Notes under the pieces: generated by a model | What the model saw: only the letters and a program-made list of their open reading frames with translations | Told to the model about the DNA's origin: nothing | The model's database searches: none | Shown here: positions 14,501 to 29,014 of the stretch, one piece after another | Layout of the letters: the number at the start of each line of letters is the position of its first letter | Position numbering within the stretch: position 1 is the stretch's first letter | Position numbers and translations under genes: made by a program | Origin: Chrysomallon squamiferum | Lineage: Eukaryota; Animalia; Mollusca | Assembly: GCA_012295275.1 (NCBI GenBank) | Contig: CM022670.1 | Coordinates: forward strand, 18,910,001 to 18,974,000 | DNA length: 64,000 nucleotides | Direction: 5' to 3'

Positions 14501-17500
14501 CTAATATCATATTACATATTTTTGATTTAAATGACAGAAAGAGGAGGGAGCAAATAACATTATTTTATGAAATGACACAATAATTATATCAACCTTGTTT
14601 ATTTGTAACTTCCAATACAGTTCTCTCCCCATCATGATCATCATATTTCATATCAATATCTGTGTCGTCTGCTACAGCAGCCAGCCAGTTGTTTGTGGTC
14701 TGCAACTTGTTAACAAATCTGTCAGTGAAATCCACTGTTATCCTCTTGGTATCCACTTGCCAGGTGTAGTTTGTTGATGCTGAGGCTGATGTTACACGGA
14801 TAGGATGATCTTCATTTACTGTGATTGTTGAGAAAAGATCATACATCAAAATTCTTCTAGCTTTCCTTTTATTTCCGGCTTTGTCATAAGTAGAAAGTAA
14901 GATGCTGTATACACCTGTTGACAATAGAGTGAATCCTGCTGTGTGGCCATTCTACAAAAGGAAAATACTTCTTTCTTTTTTTTTGGAATCCTTACAGATT
15001 TAGGCCTTTACAAATATGCAGAAGTTAAAAGGTGTTTTTCTGTTCACACCTTAACATTATGTTTTCTTTTTAAAAAAAAAAAAAAAAAAAATCTTGTTAC
15101 TGTGACAGTTTTAAACATACATACACCTACATACCCACACACACACTCACGCACACTCATACACACACACACACTAACACATTTATTTCTATTTAATTGC
15201 AAAGCCATGAACTCCAAGTTCTAATTTGAATTTTAAAATGTATCATTCAAAATATTAATTCTTTTGTGTGTAGCAGTGACTTTCAATTTTGCTAGTAGGG
15301 CCCACTTCAGATTTGTAAAAATACTTTTTAAACACTATGTATTTACAAACAATTATAACTTCATAACTGTCACTGTACTTCTATGACCAGAATAAAGTTT
15401 AACTAAGGGGATGCCAACCTTCAAAATAATCTAAAAACATGGTCCTGAAAACAAAAAAGGTTAAGAACCACTTTATGTGTATCTTTTTGACTCCATAGGT
15501 CATTGTAGTTTTGTCATTAAACATTCATTTATTTAACATCTGAGTAAAGCAAAACAAAGATAACAAAAAATGTTTCTATTACCTGGTCAACTTTTAGAGT
15601 TTCATGATGAACAACAGTGCCTGACCGAAGCATTCCAGAAAGGTAATGAAGTTGAATGATTTCAACCTTAACAAGAGATACTCCAGATTCATCATCCATC
15701 CATCCATTAGTCTTCACATAAATTCTCGAATCTTCAGTCTAAATAAATTGATGTAAAAATGTTTTTTATTTAAACTTATGAAAATGATGCTTGTAAAATA
15801 CTAATTTCTGGTTAAACAGTTTCACAAAAAAAAAAATTTCACTGGTACAAATTGTATACATACATATAAAAAACACATACAAATGTAAGCATAATATCTG
15901 AAAAGATACATAAAATGTGCACACACAAAGACACAAATGACTGTACCAACAACAAATTTTCTTCGTGTATTAAGAAGGTAGCAGTTCTCGACAGAAATAT
16001 TTCCCTTCAAAACAGACCATTTTTAAAAAAGATTTTTATAGAATGAGAACTACACAATTATGTATTTTTCAGAACAAAAAACAAACAAACCTGTCTGATG
16101 ACATCAACAGCATCAACTATGTTGTAGTTACAAGTTGACTTTACTGAACAATGATAAGGCAGGCCAAGATCAACATTTAGTGTTAAGGATTGTTCAACAG
16201 TCTGTCCATTGTACACAAATGTCTCTAAAATTCTAGATTCCATGTTTCTCACTTTGAGATTTCCCCCATTAGATGTTTGAAACAGTATCTGCATTCTGAA
16301 ATGTTACATAAGCCATTGTAATTTTGCCTTTACAGAATTATTAAATAACTACATGTACTTAGGCTTAATTGCTAGTTTATAGAGTGGTCATGTAAAATAT
16401 ATGAGAATTATGTTATATTTTAAATAATATAGTAAAAAAGAAAACTTTTTGGAATATATTGTTTAATTTAATTATTTCCGAGATAAGTTTGACTATCAAA
16501 ATCTGTTTGGCATTTAGGATTAAACCATTTTGTGTTAATAGGATCATACTCATGGTAGGGAGGGAGATAAAATATCAGGACAGAATGTGCATTTGAGAGA
16601 GAAAGCTGTAGACAGAATACCCAGAATGAAAATATGAATATTTATTATTATATAAATAATTATTAGCATCAATCACGTATCTCAAATATTAAATCTATGA
16701 ATATTAATCTCAAACAATTTAATGCTGTGTGTGTGTGTGTGTGTGTGTTTGTTATTTATATTGGTTAACAACAGGAGCTTGGTGAGAATGGAAATTAGAC
16801 AATTGGGTCTATGACTGAGTAGTACTTATAACAACTTTATCACTGAGCACCCCACCCTGAAATACCTGGCGATTCATACTCACCTGTCTCCATTTTGGAA
16901 TGGAAATACATTAGAAGGGAAGTCTGATGGCATGAGTATTTCATTCCAGTTTACATCAGTTCTTGGGTTGTTTACACTGACATCTTGACAAGATCTTTGG
17001 ATATTTGTTATTAGATGGCTTTCTGGAACAAAATCATTTATGCATATAAACAAACCTCCATCCAACTTCATAATTATAGATTCTCTTGTATTATATATCA
17101 CCTCAAATCTTAATAGAGATTACTTCATGATACTGATTAAAGTTAGGTTTAATATTTTCAACCTTATTTTAAAAATACATATGGTTTTCTTATTTAAAAA
17201 ATTATTTATTTATTATTGTTTGTTTGGTTGATATTAATAATGAACCCAGAATTCACCTTTACTGTGAACTTATACTTCTGGTTATTTTAAAGTAAAATTT
17301 AACCTTTATGATTAATACATCCAATTGCACTGAGCTAAAAGCCGATCTTTATAAAATCATTTTGCATAGGTAACAGCACACAATGATTTGATGAATGAAA
17401 ATTATAAACTTATATGAACCTTTACCTCTCCAAATTTTCAGATGGAAATTTCCCTTTATGATTCCAACATCAAAATGTTCAATAAACACTGGTAAAACTG

Positions 17501-20500
17501 GTAGTGCATCAGACGACTCAGCTGTATAGTGTGATGATAAATTGTAGTGAAATGAACTTGGTTTGTTCACATTAATCCAATAAGAAGATGTTACTGCTTG
17601 GCTGCTGTGATTTTCAAAATATATATCACTGTTGACTTTTAGCTCTACTTTAACAGCCAAATCTGGTGTTGTAACAACTGTAAAGACAGATTTTAAAACA
17701 TTAAATTAGTTTTCATTTATTTTTTCTTTATTTTTTAATTTACAGGCAGCTAAGATAATAGCTTTCTAGAACATATACTGCTGAAACTTTTATTTTGACT
17801 TGATTTTATGTAAGACTGTGATGCTGATGACTAACTTATATTAATAGGATTTAAGCCAAAGTAAAATTATAAGTACATAAGGTAATTATTATGTAACCTC
17901 AAAACTGAAGATATACACTGCCAAAAAAAAATTAGTTGTTTGAGGATTAAAACTGCTACATGTTTAAATTTTAGTGTTATTTATTTAATTTTTAATTTTT
18001 TTTATTCTTTTATTATTATTATCACCATTTTTGTTTCTTCTTTTTTTTTTTTTTTTTAAATATCATAACTATAAATTAATTGATCCTATATGATGTTTTA
18101 ATCACAATTCAAATGGCTTCTAAAAGAAATCCTCCTTAAACAGTTGAATCACGTGTGTGTATATATATATAATTTATATATATTGTAATATCTGACTGTA
18201 AAGAATTTTTGACTGGTTGTTAGATTGCTAATCAGTATGATCATTAAAAAAATCATAATAAAAAATACAGCCTCTGATATTATCGAATAGCCAACAATGA
18301 CATCTCCCTACTTAACTTGAGAAACTCAGAAGAGACAGTTTGGTGTTTAGTAACGAAAGGCAGAAAATGTACATATATCGTGTTTAATTTAGTATTTTTA
18401 TTAATATTATCATGCAATGAAACTATATACCAAATACGATCTTGATGGATATTAATGGAGGATATTTTTACGAGCAGGTTATTTCATACTGAAAACATCA
18501 ATCCATTTAAAAAATAAAAAATAAAAAAGCTATTTAGTTTGGTCTTCAATCCATACGCAAGCATTTAATATTGTTATTTATTTTTGGTACATGATAATAT
18601 TATTATATTTCATTAAATTTCCATCATCAATTTAAATGTGAAATGTTCGTAAAATACTAATACAGGAAAGAAAACAAATTTGACAAAAATGTAATAAATA
18701 AATATTAAATTTGTCTTCTTCGTAAATTTATGTTCATAACACATATTTGTTATTAACATCTATTGCTAAATTTATATAAGAAGGGTCTACTTTTTACAAC
18801 AGTACGTGGTTCTGTACCTGGTTGTTTAAGTTTGATCATTTTCGTCTGAACTCTTTAAGGTGAATTTTTATTGATGATAAAACAAAAATCAAAGGATAAA
18901 TTATTTTATGAAATTTTGACCAGTTAGTTTGTTTTGTTTTTTCTTCTTTTTTGTTTTTTCAAATGTTAGAGACTAATAGTAAAAACAAAAATAGACTTTA
19001 GTTTTCAATAAGATATGGCGCTATAGAATTATTTAAAGCTACGTATTACGTATTATTGTTATTACTGAATTAAGTATTTTAAGCCAATTGACTTTGAAAA
19101 ATACTTTTACTATCATCATTCAGTTAATATCGTTAAAAAAATACTAATACAAAATAATAACATTAAATTATAGAAATACTAATAATTAAAATGTTCTAAC
19201 TTGTTTCACACTGTATGTGTACTAATATTTAGATAATGAATAATTAAGATGTTCTCACTTGTTTCACAATGGTGACCTGTAAATCCAGGATGACATTTAC
19301 AGTTGTCAGCCAGTTCTCCATCACACTGACCTGGATAACATCTTGTACTGTCATGTCGCCATGAACAGGCTTCTGTGAAAAATTAAATAAATAAAAATAA
19401 GCCCCCAAAACCCCCGAAATCAAAAAAACGATGACAATATGATTAACGCAAAATAATATTACAGCATCGGTTTATACTGTGTTCCTAAATCGATAGAGTC
19501 AATGAATATTTTCTTAATGGAGTTTCAGTACATTTTATTACTAACAGTTCTTAAGTATCAGAGTTTCTGCGATTGCCGTTCCCTTTCCACCTGTTGAACC
19601 TCGATCTTGGACCTTGACGACTAAATTTTATTTATTTTATTATTATTATTATTTTTTTTTTTTAATGAAAACTAAAGTGATTTTATTTTCTTTATTTTTA
19701 CTTCATATTATATATATATATAAACGTACACAGAGACATATATATTCATATGTACAGATAAATAATCGTTTTTAAAAAACTAAATTATTTTTAAAGAGGA
19801 AAAGAAAATATTGAAAGAAGATAAAAAAAAAAATATTAAAATAATGATAAGTAACTCATAATTTTAATTACGATGTTTCGTCAAATCAAATTACTTAATC
19901 ATAGTATGTAGTTATAATACTCACGTCTGCACTGTCGTTTGTCGGAAGTCGCAAGGTAAGCTCTCATTCCCGTCTGCTCTTTGACAACACCTTCGCAGCG
20001 CGTGCACTTTTCATCACTTGCAGACGTACATTCTTCTAGATTGCAATGACTGATTTTTTTGCAGACTAAAAATACCAAACTGTCGTAGTAAAATCCATTC
20101 AGATAATTCTGTCTAATTTATAATAATAGTGTGATTACTTATTTATTATTATCCTATTATTTCATCACTAATTTGGCGAAAAAAAATTAGAATTTTATTG
20201 TTAACGTAATATCACTTACTATCACAAAAGCCTTTAGCAGGATAAAAACCCTTGTTACAGTCTCTGCATTTGTTTATTGCAATACACACTCCCCCACTCT
20301 CTGTTTGCACTGTGTCGTTTTCATAGATGATGTAGCTGTTGTCGAAGCGCACATTACAAGAAAAGCCGTCAGAACCATTGCATTTTACTGTATTAGTATT
20401 AAACAAGAAAAATTATTAAGTTTGTTGTTTTTATGTCTTCCTTTTCTTAAATTTTTTTAAAACATTGCTTTAAATTGTTTCAATTATTTGTATTCGTCCT

Positions 20501-23500
20501 TTTATCTATTAATGATATTACATTTTAATTATATATTTTTTTTTCATTTGACAAAAACTTTTTGTTATGCTAAAGTTCCTATCGAATCAAGTTATTAAAT
20601 TGTTTGCTGCTATTATTTGAATATCGCTAATAAATACATAATATTTTAAGTGTGCATGTTCTTCAGATTCAAAATTCGTTTATAAGCAATATTAAATATA
20701 TATATATATTTTTATTATTTATTTGCCTGTTTTTATACCTTTTTTTTGTTTTTGTTTTTTAATTATTAAATTGTACTTACTAATACATTTTATTCCGTCT
20801 TCAGCCAATCCAAAACCATCTGCACATGCACATCGTTTTCCGCCTGTTGTTGGTACACAAATATGTCCACAGCCACCTTTATCTAAGCTGCATGCGTTAG
20901 TCACTAAAACAGACAATACTGTGCTTCTGTATTTATTCTCGATTTCTTATTATTTTATTTCATTTATTATCCATTTATTTTTACTTTTATTTTATTTTGA
21001 TTTTAATTTACTATTATTTTGTTATTTGTTATTTTGTTAATTTATATTCATTTATTTATTTATTATTTTCTTTGGGTACTTTCTTTCCATTTTATACATT
21101 TTTGTAAAAAATTAGAAAAGTTCGTCTATGTTATTATTTTATTATTTATTATGATAATATAGAATTTTTTTTGATTTTTTTAAAAATAATTTGGTTTCAT
21201 GAGATCGGCTATTATACCAAAACGATTTAAAGGCTTCTAGTTCTAATGAAGTTGATTTCTAAGTGGAATGATGCTGGAATTATGGAGTCCAATTGTTTAA
21301 TAACGATCATCTTAAATTTAATAAAAGTCGGATAGCTACTTACCATTTTGAAATGCGCCAGCTCTAAAGACAGTAAGTCCATTTGGTTGTTGGAAATGGG
21401 ATCCACTCCATGATGATACCATTTTGTTTAAATTTACCTGGTATATTCTCCTTTAAGACAAATAATTTACTTAATAATAATAATAATAACAATAACAATA
21501 ATATTAATAATATTTTTATAAATTACAAATACAGCTTTGTTTAAATTAATTAAAGTGTACTTCAGGTGGTATGAAGATAACTTTTCTCTATACATTTTGA
21601 TATTCTTTACATGATTATGTATAGCAAACAATAAAATATAAAACGTAAAATTCTTTTATAACAGTTTACTGTCTTTCGTTTTCAGTGAGTAAATCAGCGC
21701 ACAATTGACGTATTTATCAAAGTTTTCTATAGTGAATTTGTTACAGTTCACCATTGCTAATATTTTATACGTTTTATTTTTACCTTGAAGCCCAGTCACT
21801 GACGTAGAGAACTTCCTCAAATAGGTATATTGCAAAAGGATGTTGTATTATGCCAGATATGATCTCGGTTCTATTACTGCCATCAAAATTCATCCCTTCG
21901 ATTTTGTCTGTTTTTGCGTCGCACCAGTATATTCTTCGACCTAGTAAACAGTAATATAATACATGAAGGATTAATAATATAATACATGAAGGATTAATAA
22001 TATTTTTCAGATATTCTTAATAATATATGAAGGATTAGTTACCAAAGGTTGGTAGACATTAGTCTTGAAAGAGAGATACAGAGAGACGTAGGAAGATTAA
22101 AACAGAAATTATTATGCTTTATTCAAATTAGTTTCTGTTATGGACAGTGTTAGTTTACACATAGCGGATGGTCTCCAAGTAAATTTTAAATTTTAGCCTT
22201 TCATTGAAATAAAGATTGTCTGTACAGTTTTCATCCTTTATAATATACGATAATGTTTTCAAAAATAAGAATTACATACTCCTAACCATTTCAGTCGCAT
22301 TGTACATCTTTCGTTCTAACAAAGAACTTCATTAAAATTAACCTATCGTTTTATTACAATTACGTGAGCGCACAGTTATTTGCGTAAAAAAGGAAGAGAT
22401 ATAATGCATACATACTCACAAGCACATACCACTGAATAAAGAAATACTTATTATTATTATTATTATTTTATTTTTTTTTATAAAATTATTATTAGGCACA
22501 AGTCTGAATACAAGTAATGTAATTAGTAACAATACTTCAGAATGGTATAAATGTGTTCAAAGTTCCAATTACTTTCTGTATCTAATGTTACTCCGTTAGG
22601 CCATGCCAAACCTGTAGAAACCAAAGTTGTTCTGTTTTCTCCCAAATAGGTCGATCGCTCAATCTTTGGATTTTTTCCCCAGTCGGTCCAGTACATAATA
22701 CTGTAACATAAAAGCATAGAAATTTAAGCAGTGTGTCTGTTATTAACTTTTATTTTGCATGCATTTTTATGAAATCTAGTAGAACATTTCTTTATACTCG
22801 CTGTTTTGGGGAAATCTTTGGACATCTATTAAATATTGAAATAAGCTTGGCTTAAGGATTTGTTAATCATTCTCAAATCTTGACACATTTGATAATTCCT
22901 GGATGTTAAGAAGTCTACATATTTCAGTTAAAGAAATAAAATGTTTGTTCTAAAGAAATTAAACAGTAATAACAACGGAGTAAAACTGAAAATTCGATAG
23001 GAAATTTTAAAAGTCTCTCACCCTCCCTCTTTATCAAGTGCAATTGCACGTGGTTCATCTAATTTTTCACTTATTATTGTCATTTGGTAACGATTAACCA
23101 TATCAATCATAGCAATGATATCATTTCCTGTATCAGTATAGAAAATCAGTCTTGAAATAGGATCCAAAGCTAAGCCGTACATTGCCGTTCCTGAAATAAT
23201 TATTAAGATCTTTAGCAGAATATATTTATGCAAAATTATTACAAGCAATCGTCCTAGGACTTAGATTTGTCTAAATTCTGTTTTATTTATTATTCTTAAT
23301 TTGCTTATTAAATTATATACACGAAGACTGCAGACAATTTACTAAAGAAAAAAGCTTTTATATTAATATACTGCTTAATACAAATTTGATAAGAAAGGAT
23401 GCATTCCTAGTTGATGTAAATTGCTTTTATACTGTCGCGGCATACACCACCTCACTTTCCTGTTTGTAATATAAATTATAAAAACTATTTCACAGCACAG

Positions 23501-24679
23501 CAAAGGGAATAATATTGGTGTTATGTGCAAATAAAATACATAATCCCATTTAAATAACTATTTATTACCATTATCAAATGTTTGAATCACTGTTAAATCT
23601 TCTCCGTTTATACCACAAGATCTGATGTCTGCTCGACTCACATCTGTCCAGTATATCTGATTTTTTACAGGATCATAATCGATGGCGATTGGTGATTCGT
23701 GATTTTCTATTACAATATTGGAGTACAACCGCGAGCTAAGGTCAGTCTTCCAAATTTGTTTAGCCTTACTGTCAGTGAAAATGACAAACACATTGCCTGT
23801 GTGATAAAGTAAAAAATATATAAATAAATAAATAGATAAATAATAAATACGAAAAAAGAAAGAAAAATAATTTATCATTAAAAGTTAAAGTTTTTTAATA
23901 ATAAAAAAAAATATGTCTGAAATGCAAGTTTTTTTTTAAATATGTAAGTCAGGATCGGTATTAAACACTCGTATTGGCTCACATCGTCCCCTTGCTCACC
24001 TGTACAGTTCGTTCCGTCCGTTGCAAGTGTGTAGCCATCAGCACAAGTGCACTTTCTTCCATTTAAATATGGTACACATATTTGTTCACATCCACCGTTG
24101 TCTATCGTACAGGCATTGTGATCTGTAAAATGTACCATAAATATCAGTCAAATATAAGTTAACGATTTATGTTTACATAATTTTCTTTATTTTGTTTATG
24201 GATACAATTTTTTTAATCGGCTGATGTGATGTATTCATTGCTGTCATTTCGTTGTAGTTTACTGACGTGTAAAACGGTACTGTTTTAAATATTAGTTTTA
24301 ATATATATATATACCTTCAAAAATTATATATATATTGTTAATCTTGTAATAAGACACACATTAAGTTACCGTTTGGGTATGCTCCAGCCCTGAAGACTGT
24401 CAATCCATTAGGTCTATCCAAGACACTTCTTCGCCACGACGTCATATTTCTTCCATCCAAATATACGCGATATATAGCACTATTATTAAAATACGTCAAA
24501 TAATAATAATTAGGGAAATGAAGAATTTAAAATGCCAACAGTTTCATGATCTGAAGTCTAGTTTTAAAGATTATTTAAAGAAATGTGTTTAATAATTAGC
24601 TCATAAAAGTGTTTATAACTAGCTGATAAATAAGCATAAATCAATTACAAAACTATTGAAATTTTTTATACACCAAGTG

Positions 24680-24710
<31 letters not shown>

Positions 24711-25144
24711 ATTTACCAATAATTTTATTATTAATTTTAGTTTTCTCCCGTGACAGTTCTTTGCAGCAGCTGTTATGTATTGTTTTTTATTCTGTTGTTT
24801 ACCTAGATTCCCAGTCCGAGACATAGAGGGTTTCTTCAAAAAAAACTATTCCAAAAGGGTGTAGTATTTTTCCAGAAGATATTTCTGTTCTATTACTGCC
24901 ATCAAAACCACTCATTTCGATTTTGTCCGTTTTCGCATCACACCAGTACATCTTTCGTGCTAACAAAACACCAGAAGTACTTCATTAAAATTAACCTATC
25001 GTTTTATTACGAACGCATAGATATTTACGCAAATAAGTAAGAGATATAATATATACATAGGCACAAGCATATATGTCACAGAATAAAGAAACCATAAAAA
25101 TATAAATATTATGTATCCTTTATCATTATTTTTTGCTGTTCTTT

Positions 25145-25185
<41 letters not shown>

Positions 25186-28100
25186 TTAATATATAATTAG
25201 GCACGAGACGGAATAAAAGTAATATAATTAGTAACAACAGTTCAGAATAGTATGAATGTTTCGATTACCATTTATATCTAACGTTAATCCGTTAGGCCAG
25301 GCCAAACCAGTAGAAACCAAAGTTGTTCTGTTTTCTCCCAAATACGTAGATCGCTCAATCTTTGGTTTTTCACCCCAGTCTGTCCAGTATATTAAACTGT
25401 AAAAAGTCAGAATCAATAAACAGACTTTTTTTTTCCAGTTAATTACTAATAAAAGGGTTAATAAACATTTCTGATATACTCATTTATCATCTACTGCCGG
25501 TATAATATTTCATGAATGGAAATATAACAACGTGAAAGGAATGATAAAAAATAATTTGTTTATATAATATGGTTTTATTAGCACTGAGAACAGATATTTT
25601 GCTATCCTATTAATAAAAATAAATTTAGTTACATCTAATTTTACATGAATATGTGAATAATATTTGATTGCAAAATATATTATTATAAATTACTAAATAA
25701 GTTTCTTGTTGTTCTGATTTTGTCTTTTTTTTTTACCTCTGTGACCTGTCAAATGCTATACCACGTGGTTGATCTAGGTCATTATCTATTACTGTCCTGT
25801 GATGGAAGTTCACCAGGTCCATCATAGCTATTATATCCTGACCAGTATCGGTGTAGAACAGTAGTCTTGAAACTGGATCCAGTACCAATCCATCCGGAAC
25901 CGCATCTGGAATTACATAGATCAACACAAAGTTAATAATTATACCATAAGATAGGGCAAACGCTTTATTCTGATTCGGTTATATCAACATTATATCCACC
26001 TCATCTACATCAGATATTGAAATAAGAGTACATTTTTGTATTCTTAGGACACTAACTTGGATATGTTCCATACAAATTAACATCATAACTGATAAGCCTT
26101 GCCATGTTTTGATAGGGAAATGTGTTTCTTCTTTCATATCTTTGTGGAAGAACCTAAATGGAATTATTAAAAGGACAATTGGTTATTCAGTATAATCATA
26201 AAATATAAGATATTTGCCTAACAAGTTGTGGATATTCCTAGCTGATAGTTAAAAATTAACACTGAAGATTCAAAGAAAAAAAAAAATAGAAGAAATTCTA
26301 CATTTGAATACGATTGGAAGTGCAAGTTCTTTAATAAATGATTCTGCCTGGATACGGATCAGGATAATCGTTTTATAATTCAGAAATACAAACTTTTTTC
26401 TTACCAAATTATTAATTTAACTCGTATTTTTTAAAAGTGAGCTAGTGACATATATTTTAATATTCCATTGCCATAAGCAAAAATACAATGAACAAATAAT
26501 CCCGACATAAACAAATAATGAGCCAAGCATCAAAACCATCTGCTTTGTACATAGTGTGTATTTCTAGCAAAGGCAAGCCATATGTGATCTTAGGCAGGAC
26601 TACACTTTAGTTTCACTGCCAGAGCTTGAACATTAGAGTAGATTTTAGTAAATATCTGTCTAAAACAACTAACATATTATTAATAATCGACATATATTAA
26701 AATGGACAAGGCAATAAAATTGAAGAAGGAACATTAAAAAGCAACATATACATACACACGCACACATACATATACACACAAACATGTACATCTACATACA
26801 TATACTTTAGCTAGTATTTGTAAAAGACGTTTTAAATGTCAAACTTTGTATAGAAATATATTATAGTACCTTTTCGTAATTTCCGTACTAATTTTATGTC
26901 TTCGCCATCTATTCCACACAATCTGATTTCCTTTCTTTGCACATCTGACCAGTATATTTTATTTTGTACAGGATCATAATCGATGGCAATTGGGTTTTCG
27001 TGGTCCTTTATTACAATCCTAGAGTAATTTGAATATGTCACATCTAATTTCCAAATTTGTTTAGCGTAACTTTCTGTGAAAAGTATATAAACATCATTTG
27101 AGCCTGAAAATATAATAATACAATTAAGATTAATAATTACGCATTTCAGTAAATGTTATCTCTGTAAAACATTAATTTTACATAATTACGTATTTTTAAG
27201 CTACGATCATGCTTGTGACTGTTATATAGAAATATTTTTGATTAAAAGATGGAGATGGAACAGTTCAGAAAAACAAAATGTATTTTCTTTTCTAATTTGC
27301 TTTGTCCCATTGTCAGTGACAGTGTGAAGACATTTCCATAAAAATAATTAGTAAAATGCTCGTCATTGTTTTGTATCTAATTATAATAACTGAATTATGT
27401 TATTTGAGTTCTCGGCATAGACAGCTATATACATCAGTCTCGGCTGTCAAGTACATTCGACTTTACAAATATTAAAAACTACCAATAGGAGACTAGAGTC
27501 CTTCATCCATTAACGAAAAACTTGCGTATGCATGTTATGAATTATTTTACACTAATTTTGCATTTGAATTTTATTATTATTATTTTTTTTTAAATATAAA
27601 CATTCATTCCTCAAAAATAGTTTTAAAAAAAAAATAATAATAATAAAATAATAATTTAAAAAAATTCGCCATTACAAAACAAAGAACAATTATTAGTTAT
27701 AATTATGCTAATATCATCATTTATATTTTTGTTGTTGTTGTTTTATAAAACATCAACTTTTAAATTGTATTTCCCTTTCTAGCTAGAAACATTGTTTGTA
27801 CAACATAGATCATTAAATATTCGTGTGGTTTTTAAAAAAACAAAAAAAACAACGTGTACTCCTTTAATCTCTATGAGCTGTATTTAAATTAACAGCATTT
27901 TCTTAACAGCAGGTTTTGTTTATCTCAAGTTATCAGTGTTTAAAATCATTTAAATCTGCAGGTATTTATTTGTAAATATCACTGTATGTTCTCCCCAGCA
28001 AAGACATTCCATGAAATTTACCTGACATTTAACCATGAATGTATTTTAAAAAATATTTGTTAACTGTATTATGCAAGTTCAATGAGACCAGGAAGTTTAA

Positions 28101-28723
28101 TGTGTATCGAAAATGTTATATTATAGTATGATCTGTGCGAGTTACTTGGGCTGGGTATCTGGGTGTGTATTTTTGTTGTTGTTAATTGTTATTACCTTCA
28201 GTAAATATGAAACACCCCTTATATTCGACTTAACCGAAATACATGAAGCTTCTGGATTTCAGAAAAAAAGAGTGATTGGGGATGATTTAACTTTCGAGAT
28301 GAAATATGTTTCAGTATCATGTTTGACATTTATATATTATACCACTGATATTTAAATAGTGTAAGGTTTATTCAAATAGAATTTGTCTGAAAATTTTATG
28401 ATGAAATTATATTATCCTCTTAGTACATGCAATTTATTAGATTTCATTTTATTTATTTATTTATAACTCATTTTCTCTAACACAGGGTATCAACCAGTGA
28501 TAAAATTATTATTACTGAAAATAAAAATTGTTCTTTTCCATATATATATTATCTTGTAACTTAGTCATCTTAACATTTTAATTTTACAACCATTTAACTA
28601 CACATAGTAAGTTCAGATGGCTACCAGATATTTAGTTGTCTCTCATGTTGAATTATTTTTTATTATTATTTCAAAAAGACATACAGAAATGTGAAGATTG
28701 AACAGTTTGGTAAAATAGCACAT

Positions 28724-28754
<31 letters not shown>

Positions 28755-29014
28755 CAACAGTAGTAGTAATGATAATGGTAATAGTATAAGCAGTAGTTAT
28801 AATAATAATAGTAATAATGATAATAATAATTTAATATTATAATTGTTACTGTTAGTATTAATAGAAGTAGGAGTATTAGTAGTAATAGTTGCTGTTGTTA
28901 TATTGGTGGTAGTGGTAATAGAAGAAGTAGTTTCATTTTATACTTACTTTGTCCTGTTGTCACTGACAGTTTGCAAAATATTTCCACCAAAATAAATAGC
29001 AGAAAACCTGTCAT
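8596..29014 (-). CDS. Large type-I membrane receptor: signal peptide + 2x(YWTD beta-propeller + EGF) + Cys-rich/EGF + beta-sandwich-like repeats + TM + Tyr-motif tail; LRP4/5/6-like N-terminus; 28 exons, ~1564 aa
   Basis: Exons (high to low): 29014-28948, 27103-26870, 25905-25737, 25396-25269, 24959-24803, 24479-24370, 24122-24000, 23796-23569, 23190-23022, 22700-22573, 21940-21784, 21450-21344, 20903-20781, 20387-20220, 20065-19925, 19372-19259, 17677-17426, 17022-16884, 16295-16091, 15738-15583, 14951-14594, 14223-13953, 13775-13661, 13178-12990, 12615-12445, 9804-9675, 9400-9299, 8879-8596. Sum 4695 nt, open frame, phases match throughout. The donor at 12444 (GTCACA) is weak. Confidence 0.8.
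9299..9400 (-). other. Transmembrane-helix exon of the receptor
   Basis: Encodes ...[23 protein letters not shown], followed in the next exon by the basic stop-transfer VKRRSKK. Confidence 0.85.
10037..12315 (-). mobile_element. Decayed, internally deleted non-LTR retrotransposon (I superfamily, Nimb-like: ORF1, RT and RNase H remnants) in a receptor intron
   Basis: ORF1 [28 protein letters not shown] (~12106) and a decayed knuckle ANCNGNH (~11900). RT pieces [59 protein letters not shown]; [14 protein letters not shown]. RNase [19 protein letters not shown]. (CATT)-type 3' tail at ~10037-10100. Many frameshifts and stops. Confidence 0.85.
15274..15471. mobile_element. Possible degenerate hAT/Charlie-type MITE remnant
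   Basis: Right end AAAAGGTTAAGAACCACT resembles the reverse complement of CAGTGGTTCT-type termini; left end CAGTGACTTTCAA is degenerate; no clear TSD. Confidence 0.35.
20781..27103 (-). other. Two tandem six-bladed YWTD propeller + EGF modules within the receptor
   Basis: Blades FTES/YWSD/FYTD/YWTD/YWCD/YVSDW followed by [15 protein letters not shown]...C; the second set is FTDS/YWTD/FYTD/YWTD/YWCD/YVSDW followed by [12 protein letters not shown]...C. Paired exon sizes are 234/228, 169/169, 128/128, 157/157, 110/107, 123/123. Confidence 0.92.
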
